From Tubiluchus corallicola (lineage: Eukaryota > Animalia > Priapulida), in assembly GCA_030141605.1 (NCBI GenBank), contig JAQGDQ010000967.1, positions 10,845 through 74,844 of the forward strand: a stretch of 64,000 bases of DNA, read 5' to 3'. How positions within the stretch are numbered: position 1 is the first letter of the stretch; each line of letters starts with the position of its first letter. Shown here piece by piece: positions 37,901 through 49,900 of the stretch. The notes under the pieces are model-generated. The model searched no databases and had not been told where the DNA came from. It saw nothing but the letters and a program-made list of their open reading frames with translations. The position numbers were made by a program, and so were the translations under genes.

Positions 37901-40900
37901 GTTTTTAATATAAATTTTAATAACTTCTAAAATAGTTTCTTGAGTGTAGTAGTGCAGTAGTAATGATGTGCACAAATCGGATGCAAAAAAAATCGTTATC
38001 AGGTCCTACTGTACTTGACTCCTTGATCAAACTGCATGTGGCCCACAGGAATTGTGGGAATGTTTAATGTGGCCCGGCTAGTCAGATAATTTGCACACCC
38101 CTGATTTACAATGTAGGTAGAAATTAAAGTAAAACTGAAAGAAAAGTGCTATAGAGTAAAGAATAAGTTTTAAATGAGTTTATTTTATTAGTATGGAGTT
38201 TTCAAAATTATTGTCGTTTGCGTGTTTTTACATACTGGTTCTTGTTTATTACGAAAACGAGGTGCTCATGCGTATGAGAAACCTTTGTGTCTAATCAGAG
38301 ACGTCAGGGCAATAAGTTGCCATGCAAAGGTGTGCCATGTTGCTTGATTTTACCACAGTGACTATAAACTTTGACGTTTTTGCAATTTGTCATTCTCATT
38401 GCTGTGATTGTAAGCTACTCATATTTCTCCCTCTTTTCACAGGTACGTCAGAAGCTCAGGCTCCCGTGCCTCCGAGTCCTGCGACGCCGGGACAGAACTT
38501 TACTAGTGCACAAAATTGTAACTTCGAGCAAAGCTCTTTGAACAGTGCAAATCTTACTCAACAAAACTGTGCTCCTCAGCTACACTTGACTCGTATGCAA
38601 CACGACGCCGCGCCGTGTGCTGAGAAGGACAAGAAGCAGCGCAAGTCTAAGAAGAAATCCGAGTTGGAAGTTTTGGCGGAGTGGTACATAAAAGACACGA
38701 CGAAATCGCGGCGACGGACCGTGGCCAGTTACGACGAGAACGCAATCGAAGCCGACATGTTGAACAGAAATTACGTAGAGCCGGCTAAGATTTCGTTGAA
38801 ACGTCAGTCGTCGGGGTCCGAAGCTCGTGTGATGCTGCAACCGCTGAGCGAATCGGTGAGTTTCTATGTGTGTAATTAAACTTTGCTAAGCTAATTCAAA
38901 TGCTTGAATGGTAGGAGTACTAGAAAGCGAATTCAAATCGAATTGAATTTATGACTTTCGAACACAAATCACGCCCAATTTCGAGATTTTGAATCATTAA
39001 CAAAAAGCTATTTTGCAAAGATACTGCATATTGCTCGACTTTATGACTTTCGAACACAAATCACGCCCAATTTCGAGATTTAGAATCATTAATAAAAAGC
39101 TATTTTGCAAAGATGCTGCATATTGCTTGATTTTGTTCTGCGGTTGACAATTGTTCGCAAGAAATGGCAACTAAATTTTGACGATTGTCTGCTTTTTCAT
39201 GATTAGTGATCAAGAATGTACATAGCTGAAGTGCTGGTTCATTTGAATCCAATAATTTCACGTTCGAGTCGAAATCGGGCGTTCGAAATTCATGCTTACC
39301 GCTACTTGGAGAAAATAAACTATTGTTTTCAGAAAACCTTTTTTATGCGCGTTGTAACGCATCTAGATTTCCGCGAATGTCTGTTAGTTTAATAACATTT
39401 CGTTGCAAAGGAAAAAAGTTTATTGCTTTCGTATGAATAAACAATAGCAGCTGTATGTTTAGCTAAGAAAAGTTAAGTTTTTTTAATAAAACCTGTATCA
39501 TTTAAATACAATGCCACAAGAAGACAAAATATTGTACCTGAAATGTAAAAATATCTAATCTTACTTTATAATCTAAAATACTTTGTGTTCGAAATTACGT
39601 AATTCTAGTTTTCTTCGCGTAAAAATGTGTAATGCTTGCTGTTATCTGAAAATTTTTTAATTTCTACTTATTTATGTGCGAATCTTGATTTATATTGCAA
39701 ATATAATTTGATATGTGAGTGTACGCTGTACGTGTGTTTTTATAAACGTGGGTATAATATGTGGATACGGTACGTATGATTTTTAAATTAATTTATTATA
39801 ACACTGAAATACATTTTTATGCTTTGGCGTGTAGTAAATGAATCTCAATCTTTTTCGCTGTCGTGCTAACACACCACAAGCACTTAGTTGCAGATGCGAT
39901 GTTCTTTATATAGGATCGACTTGTGATTTTTGCGTGAATAATAGCGAGTTGCGTGTTGCATGGCTTGTGGTGCTGACAAAAGTCATTAGCAACAAGTTCA
40001 TGTTGCTTTAGTGTTGGATTGCTGTTCTGTTGCACGCTTGATGTTCTGTTTCCGTCTAACAGCCAAGTTAATACTTTTTTATCGCTCACCCAACCAGGAA
40101 TTTTATCATTTTTTTGTGCGTTCATATACTTACTTGTCGCTGTCATATAAAAGCGTTTTTTTTATTTATTTAAAATGTAAAACGCAATGATTATTGTAAC
40201 GGCGCATCTTTCTGGGAACGCAGGCCGCAGCCTCGTTTTTCCACGGCTAACTCTCGGCCCGTAGGTGATAACATGATCTATTCTTCTTGTTCATCAGTCA
40301 CACTTAAGAACAAGAGTTCAGCATCACATCCAGATCACTAGATCCAGTAATTTTTAATGGATGCGGATCTGGCAAAAAAGTTTGTGGGATTTTGCGCTGT
40401 TTGTATTTCTGTTCTTCCATGCGTAAGACTTCCGATCGTGAAAAAATTTGATGAGAATTAATATACATAGCAGTTCAATTACCCAAATGGTCTCATTTTT
40501 ATTAAAGAATGCGAAGGATTTCTCTTAAAATCTTCAGAAATTTACGAAAGAAGTTTTTATGCCGCCATGCTTTTAGCACAAACAATACCAGCAACCTTTG
40601 CACTGTGGTTGCTATCAACGAGTAGTGCGCAAAGATTGCGCTATTGCCGCAAAAATGTCTGCTGAAAGTTTAGAGCCGTCTACATCCAACAAATACAGTT
40701 GTTTAAGAGAAAATGTTTTCCTAGCGTGTTTGTGAAGTTCAGATACGAGTGATGTGGATGTGATACGAGTGATGTGGATGTGATACGAGTGATGTGGATG
40801 TGATACGAGTGATGTGGATGTGATACGAGTGATGTGGATGTGATACGAGTGATGTGGATGTGATACGAGTGATGTGGATGTGATACGAGTGATGTGGATG

Positions 40901-43900
40901 TGATACGAGTGATGTGGATGTGATACGAGTGATGTGGATGTGATACGAGTGATGTAGATGTGATACGAGTGATGTGGATGTGATACGAGTGATGTAGATG
41001 TGATACGAGTGATGTAGATGGACAAATAGGCTGTTTAGAAACTGGTTTGTTCTGCACTAAAATCTTGTTTCGTTTACTCCAGGATCGGATATTGGCCAAG
41101 AGACACGCTTCGCTTTTAGTTGCCAAATCCGGCGGACCGACCAAGCGGCGTGATCTGTACAGCGTGCAAAAGGAGCATCGATCGCGAATGCGCCTCTCCG
41201 CCTTCGACGACGACGATTACGACAACGACTGGAGTCCTACCGGCAAGATTAAAAAGAAAAGTAAGACTGTACGACAATTCCTGATGGAAAATGTGTCTCA
41301 TTCGTGTAAATTACTTTGCAGCGTCATTTTTAGACGGCCATTTTTGGACATGTTAACGATAACGATAACGATACGGCAATTATCGTATTTAGTTATTTGC
41401 ATTTATCATTATTGTACATATCGGTGATGTAACGGATACGAGAAAACATCTTAGGTTGCATAGTTGTTTATTCTAAACAAAGAAAACAAATAAACAAATA
41501 ATAGAAACAAATTACACAGAAAATTTAAAGCAAACGTGCGATTGTCTGACATACTGAAACTTACAATATGAAAATAAAGCTGTCGTAATGGAAAATACAA
41601 TATTAAAAAGTACAGAAAGTAATTTATACTGCAAATGGCTATTGTCTGACATACTGAAACTTACAATATGAAAATAAAGCTGTCGTAATGGAAAATACAA
41701 TATTAAAAAGTACAGAAGGTAATTATCTGCAACAATATGAAAATAAAGCTGTCATAACGGAAAATATGATATTAAAAAGTACAGAAAGTAATACATGCTG
41801 CCAATATTCTGTAGCACTAAATCAACAAAAACCTTTTCTAGACTAATTACATTTCCTGCCACACTGTCTAATTACGTTTCTAAGTTACTAAACACAATTC
41901 AAATTACTTAATTATATATAATTATTGCTTACATCATTGCATCGGTCTTGAGACAAACAAGTTAAGGTTCGGGTGCACTAACAGTAGAAAATTAAATAAC
42001 TAGCAAAAAAATACCAATGTAAATACATCTCACACGCACTACTGACAACCAAAACGTTCCTGTATATTCAAACCACCAATAATACCTACTGTTTAAAACG
42101 CATTGAGCCAGTGAACCAAGACAAAGGGTGCAAAAATCATTGACAAACGATACGCAATCTTAAGGCGCGACATTTACTGACGCGTCTGTTACAGATGTTA
42201 TCTATGAATATCATTATGATGTTATCTATGAATATCATTATGATGTTATCTATGAATATCATTATGATGTTATCTATGAATATCATTATCATAGCAAATT
42301 CAATGCGTTGTTCTGCTTATCAGTCAATTTTATCAAATCATTTTACTTTCCCTTTTCATTTATGTGCAGGAGTTGTTCAGAATAAAATAAAAATTAGAGT
42401 TATTTTTTGAGTTGTACCTCCAAAGGTTGTTTGAATAATTTGCTTTGCTGCCCTGATAGCGACATTCGGATTAATCACACAGGAATGTCAAGTGCGGAAT
42501 TTTTACAGGTGTTTTCCCCAGTTATGTATAGACAGTACTACTCCCATATATAAGTATCAATAATAGATACAATGCATACAAACAATTTCAATTTTGAAAT
42601 ATACAAAAAACAAGACATACAAACAATTTCAATTTTGTAATATGCAAAAAAAAAGCAAGACACAATTTCAATTTTGAAATATAATGACACTATATACAAA
42701 CAAAACAATTACTAATAAAACAAATATTATTACATCTTCCTGTTGTATCTTATAATCTGAAAAACAGATTATCAATATCGTATCTTGTCGTTGGAAAAAA
42801 GTATCGTATCTTATCTCCAAATTTGTATCGTTTAACATCCTTAGATATTTTCCCTTTTTGTGATGGGTAAACGATTCTCTATTGAGTTGCGATTCGATAT
42901 TTGTTTTACATTTCTTCCCTAATACAGGGTTCGCACGATCAGGGAAAGTCCTGGAAAGTCCTTGAAATTAGAGGCAGGCTATCCTGGGAAAGTCAGGAAA
43001 AAGATAATTTGATATAAAAGTCGGGGGGGAAAAATGTTGAAAATGGGGCAAAAAGTCAGAGAAATTGGAAAGGGTTGCAAAAATAATCACCGGGAATTGA
43101 TATTTTTCCAAACATATTTTTGAGTGATTCGTGTCCAAATAGAATTTTGCTACGGCAGGTTCCCAGATTCAATTTCTGTTCCAAAAATCACGATTGGCCG
43201 ACACATTATATATCAGTACACGTATGAATGTCCATACACAAAAATGTTTGAATACGTATACTGGTAATGAAATTTCTGCTTATCTTGGTCATGGAAAATC
43301 AATATTTGGTCAGGGAAAAGTCAGGGAAATTTATTTTAAAATTTTGTGGGAATCCTTCTAATAACTCATCCAGTAAAGTGTTTTTTGTGCATCCCCGTTT
43401 TTCGTACTGGACAGAATAAATTTCGTGTCAGTTTTTTGCATTTACAATATCTGAAATTCATTCATTGCCATGGCAGCAACCAGTCAGTAGCCGTGTTCTT
43501 TGTTAAATCGTTAATGTAAATAATTTTACAGACAAGAAGCGAAAGTACGAGGACGACGATTCGCCGGTAGCTCCGTGGGAACAATCCAACTTTTACACGA
43601 CGTTGAGCGAAAGGGTTAAACGTAGAAAGCGGGCCGTGGTCGACGAAGAGGGACACAGTAGCGGAGGCGAAAGCTTCTGTGCTGCCCCTATTGGCTGTAA
43701 GTAACTTTCTGTAACAAAGGGCATGTTTTGAGTTTGCAAAAAGTTTGACGGGGCAAATTTTTGCACAAAATACTTGATTAAAGAAAGATTTGACCCAGTC
43801 TAAAACTGTTTGCAATATTCAAAATATGGAAACGGAGCATGCTTTTTTTAAAGAATGACTTGCCGGAAAGAATTAGACTGGCACTAGCACCTGCATTTTG

Positions 43901-46900
43901 CCGTTTGCTAGTTAGACGGGCACTAGCGCCTGCATTTCGCCATTCGTTAGTTAGGCGGGCACTAGCGCCTGCATTTCGCCGTTCGTTAGTTAGACGGGCA
44001 CTAGCGCCTGCATTTCGGCGTTCGTTTGTTAGACGGGCACTAGCGCCTACATTTCGGCGTTCGTTTGTTAGACGGGCACTAGCGCCTACATTTCGCCGTT
44101 CGTTAGGTAGACGGGCACTAGCGCCTACATTTCGCTATTCGCTAGGTAGACGGCCACTAGCGCCTGCATTTCGCCATTTGCTAGTTAGACGGGCACTAGC
44201 GCCTGCATTTCGGAAATGCACTGCACAAAAACAGGTGCTGTACTTTTCAGTTCAGATGTGTTATTTGTGACATTGTGCATGCGTTTCACAGCTCATGCTT
44301 GAACATCACGGAAAACTTGAAATTTGAATTTTTATTTTAAAACTTGCCTAGTTTTAGTATAAGACACTGAATTTCTTACAGTAGCACTGTACTTCAATTT
44401 TCTCTTTCGCAAACACGTGCAACACGCTCGTGGAATATTTTTGCTGTTGAAAATTATGTTAGTTTGTGATGTCGTCAATAGTTGGACTCGCCCGTTGTTA
44501 ATTAAGTTCTTAATCTATTACTTAATTATCAGAAATGCTTTTGCAGTATTAATTGTGTTAAAATGTATACTTTTTATCGGACTTGAAAATGGGGTATTAT
44601 ATGAAAAATCAAAGCGTCTGCTGCATCAGTTCACTAACTTCAATTGTTTTATATGGACTTTACTTAATTATGCATTAGTCTATGCGTAGAGTGATTTACT
44701 AGCAGGATCTTGCTTGATAACAAGAAAAAATGAACTAGGCAAGGTTCTAGCTAGCTGTTAAAACTGTTACTATTACAGTAGCATGGGCTGTGAGGTGTTG
44801 ACAAATGCGTTGTCTGGTACACTTAACCTTTGACCTTTTCACGATCATCAATCACTGGACAAGAACTTTGCCAACGAAAATTTGATTTTTTTTTGGAAAC
44901 AGTTAATTTACCTGATTAATTGGTTTTTGCAAGACTGAACCTGCAGCTAGCGGCTTTAACAAAAGAAACCCGATTTTTCATCTTGTTTTTGCACTTTTGC
45001 TGTCAGAGGAAATGCGGTTGCTATGGTGATGTTCTTGCACTTGCTAACCATTGTGTTTCGTAACTTTACAGTGCCGAAGAAGAAGAAGAAGAAAGGGCAC
45101 AGAGAAAGTGAGAAAGCTCTTACGGCCGAAGGTAAGTAAACAGTGTAGACAGGGATGTTACCGAAACTAAAATTACTGTTTATCATTTATTGTTTATTTA
45201 TTTCACACAAAACAAATACGTAATTAATACATTAAAAGAAACAGAAAATTATCAATAATTCAATGCATAACAGTAATAATTGCAGAAAAAAAATTAGTAT
45301 TTGACCAAATTTTTGATGCGTTGTACTTTGAAGCTTCATAACATAGTTTTAACTCTGCAGACTTGTTGATGGCTTTAGTTTTCAAGCTCAAAAATTAGAC
45401 ATATGCTGCTTAGCTGCTGTAATATAATGTTTTTGATACTCCATCTAGTGATGGGCGATTGCGAAATTTTCTAATTCGATTACAATCTTGTTCCTGTAAT
45501 TCGATATCACGATTTTAATCTTTTGCATTAATTTTTTTTTTGGTTTTTATCCATGTTCTGCAAACATTGCAGCATTTGCAGCGGTGAAATAGACTTCATG
45601 GGTTTCAACACTGTCTGCCATTTTCATACAAACTACATTTATAAACACGTACATTCAATAACTACTCTATTACTATGTGAATTACACACGTCATGTGAAA
45701 GCGAATAAGAAGCCCCGGTTTGCAACACTGTGGTTTGCAATTGTGCGCATTGTGTAAGGTGAGAAAAACGAAGAAGAAAAAATCCAAGAATTCCGTTTAT
45801 TTGTGTTAAAATTCTGCCTTTCAGTCGGTGTGTAACGCGTATATTTTGCTCTTGATTAACTGAATTACTGTTCAATGGCCGATATATCATTTTATACGTG
45901 GCTGTTAATCGCCCGTCACTGTGCCCCCTTGACCACTTGATGAAGCCAACCGCATAGATGCTTTCTCAGTAGTGAGATGCTATTTACTGTTGCCGGCATT
46001 TTCTTTCCGTCCAACACTTTTCACATGTCATTTTCTCGTTTGCCCGCAGAGCTGATGGACACGGGAACGTTCCGTAAGTTCAACCATGCAATGGAAGCCG
46101 TGTTTGATAGCATAGATGAAGTGGACGTTGCAGTCGATCAGGGTAAGTCCGTGTTTGATAGCATAGATGAAGTGGACGTTGCAGTCGATCAGGGTAAGTC
46201 CGTGTTTGATAGCATAGATGAAGTGGACGTTGCAGTCGATCAGGGTAAGTCCGTGTTTGATAGCATAGATGAAGTGGACGTTGCAGTCGATCAGGGTAAG
46301 TCCGTGTTTGATAGCATAGATGAAGTGGACGTTGCCGTCGATCAGGGTAAGTCCGTGTTTGATAGCATAGATGAAATGGACGGTGCAGTCGATCAGGGTA
46401 AGTCCGTGTTTGATAGCATAGATGAAGTGGACGTTGCAGTCGATCAGGGTAAGTCCGTGTTTGATAGCATAGATGAAATGGACGGTGCCGTCGATCAGGG
46501 TAAGTCCATGTTTGATAGCATAGATGAAGTGGACGTTGCAGTTGATCAGGGTAAGTCCGTGTTTGATAGCATAGATGAAGTGGACGTTGCAGTTGATCAG
46601 GGTAAGTCCGTGTTTGATAGCATAGATGAAGTGGACGTTGCCGTCGATCAGGGTAAGTCTGTGTTTGATAGCATAGATGAAGTGAACGTTGCCGTCGATC
46701 AGGGTAAGTCCGTGTTTGATAGCATAGATGAAGTGAACGTTGCCGTCGATCAGGGTAAGTCCGTGTTTGATAGCATAGATGAAGTGGACGTTGCAGTCGA
46801 TCAGGGTAAGTCCGTGTTTGATAGCATAGATGAAGTGGACGGTGCAGTCGATCAGGGTAAGTCCGTGTTTGATAGCATAGATGTCGTGTTGCGACGATGT

Positions 46901-49900
46901 AACTAGTACTTGATGTGGTTGTTCAAACTATGCTGAAATTTTACTGCTTGGGTATTCAACTGTTTACTGTTTTGTGTTTGTATTATATTATATTATATTA
47001 TATTATATTATATTATATTATATTATATTATATTATATTATATTATATTATATTATATTATATTATATTATAATATATTATATTATATTATATTATATTA
47101 TATTATATTATATTATATTATATTATATTATATTATATTATATTATATTATATTATATTATATTATATTATATTATATTATATTATATTATATTATATTA
47201 TATTATATTATATTATATTATATATTACATTATATTATGTTATATTATATAGCAATGTCAGTGAAGTTTGTACTGCTTTTCTAATTTGTGGCATCCTGCT
47301 CTGTGTTAAAGAATCTATCACTTGCTGTAATTAACTCAACATGAACTGTGTGTTGCAGAAGACGATGACGCATGTCCGCCGGAGATTGTGATATCAAGAT
47401 CCGCGTTACACGATCTGGTACACGAAGCTGCCAAACTAAAAGCCATGGGCGTCATGGACTCTGTAAGTGGACGTGTTCCGTCTTGCACGCTTATCAGAGT
47501 GTTACGGCTTCGTTACCGAGTAACTTGTGTCGTTTGTTAGTTGTACCACCGTATAGTTGTGACCTTTGACCTTTGCTTACCTTCTAGTGTGCCTTGGGCA
47601 ACTTCGTTCTTTCCTTTTTTGTTATTGTCACAGGGTTCCCACGGTCAGGGAAAATCCTTGAAAATACAGGCTATCCTGTTCAAATAAAATTTTGCTATGA
47701 CAGGCTCCCAGTTTCAATTTTTGTTCCAAAAATAATGATTGGCCGACACATTATATATCAGTACATGTATGGATGTTCATACACAGAAATGTTTGAATAT
47801 GTATGCTACCATGTTTAGATCTTTCCCTTTAAAGTGTAAACAAGAGTTCAGAAAAAAGAATGCTCTAAAATATTGAAAACTACAATAGCCTTTTTTAAAT
47901 CAACGCTTAGTGCTTGACGCACAAGGGAAGATGCCTGTCATTGCACAAACTGTGGTTAGTTTCTGACATAAGCAATAGCTGTGTTCAGTTGCCATTAATT
48001 AACTTTCTAAGCTAATTATTCAAATATAAGGAACAATTGTTAACTTTGATAGGCAAGAAAATGTATATTTTGGACAGTAAATTAAAATGAGATTGACTCT
48101 AAACAATCGTCCGGTTTTCCTTTAAAGAAACTTGAACCGTATTTTCGCCAAAATTATAATTTCACATTTGCTAACGTATCCTACTATTCCTGCATTTGAG
48201 AATTGCTTATCTGTCGTCGTGGCAACTAGCTTAAGAGTCTCTGTGTGTTACAGATAAGTACGTCACGCTTAGTGAAGTTATTAGTGATACTAGAACGGAA
48301 CATTCGTGATGCAGCTCGGCTCTTGCTAAGCCTGGGTGATGTGAGTATGAAGTTCAAATTGTTCAATTTCAAACTCATTCTTCAAACCTTGTTCAATTTA
48401 AATGTTTTTTTACTCTACGTATGTAATGTTTTGAACAGGAATCTTTCAAGCTCATTGTTCAAACTTCGTTCAATTTAAATGTTTTTTTTACTCTACAGAT
48501 GTAATGTTTTGAACAGGAATCTTTCAAGCTCATTGTTCAAACGTTGTTCAATTTAAATGTTTTTTTTACTCTACGTATATAATGTTTTGAACAGGAATCT
48601 TTCAAGCTCATTGTTCAAACGTTGTTCAATTTAAATGTTTTTTTACTCTACGTATGTAATGTTTTGAACAGGAATCTTTCAAGCTCATTGTTCAAACGTT
48701 GTTCAATTTAAATGTTTTTTTTACTCTACGTATATAATGTTTTGAACAGGAATGTTTCAAGCTCATTGTTCAAACGTTGTTCAATTTAAATGTTTTTTTA
48801 CTCTACATATGTAATGTTTTGAACAGGAATCTTTCAAGCTCATTGTTCAAACGTTGTTCAATTTAAATGTTTTTTTACTCTACGTATGTAATGTTTTGAA
48901 CAGGAATCTTTCAAGCTCATTGTTCAAACGTTGTTCAATTTAAATGTTTTTTTACTCTACATATGTAATGTTTTGAACAGGAATCTTTCAAGCTCATTGT
49001 TCAAACGTTGTTCAATTTAAATGTTTTTTTACTCTACATATGTAATGTTTTGAACAGGAATCTTTCAAGCTCATTGTTCAAACGTTGTTCAATTTAAATG
49101 TTTTTTTACTCTACGTATGTAATGTTTTGAACAGGAATCTTTCAAGCTCATTGTTCAAACGTTGTTCAATTTAAATGTTTTTTTACTCTACATATGTAAT
49201 GTTTTGAACAGGAATCTTTCAAGCTCATTGTTCAAATATTGTTCAATTTAAATGTTTTTTTACTCTACATATGTAATGTTTTGAACAGGAATCTTTCAAG
49301 CTCATTGTTCAAACGTTGTTCAATTTAAATGTTTTTTTACTCTATGTATGTAATGTTTTGAACAGGAATCTTTCAAGCTCATTGTTCAAATATTGTTCAA
49401 TTTAAATGTTTTTTTTACTCTACGTATGTAATGTTTTGAACAGGAATCTTTCAAGCTCATTGTTCAAACATTGTTCATTTTAAATGGTTTTTTTACTCTA
49501 CGTATATAATGCTTTGAACAGAATCTGTAAAGTTTGTTTTCATTTCCTGTTCCGTTTTCATCTGTTTACCAAAGATAATTACGACTTGGTTAATTACAGA
49601 ACGACAACGAGGATGAAGAACTCGCTTGGCAAGAGATCATCATCGAGCGCGTGATGCGGAGTCAAAACGCAGCGCTGACCGCAATGTTCATAATGACGTC
49701 TCCCAACATGCCGAAACAGGTGAGCGTTTGTCATCAGTTTACACCTGGAGACATAGACATAGAACATTTATTTTCTCTAATTAGTTTAACATCAAAAGTT
49801 TGTTAAATATTAAGTAATTATAATCATGGTGCAGGGCAGGGAAGGACCATAGGGTCATCTGTTCTCCTGCCCATATTGAGAAGGGCAGCGAAGCACTATA

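Noticed and set aside
45977-46906. 309-aa ORF as a stand-alone gene
   Set aside because: It is a NIPBL exon plus read-through into the 51-bp array; its ATG lies upstream of the acceptor
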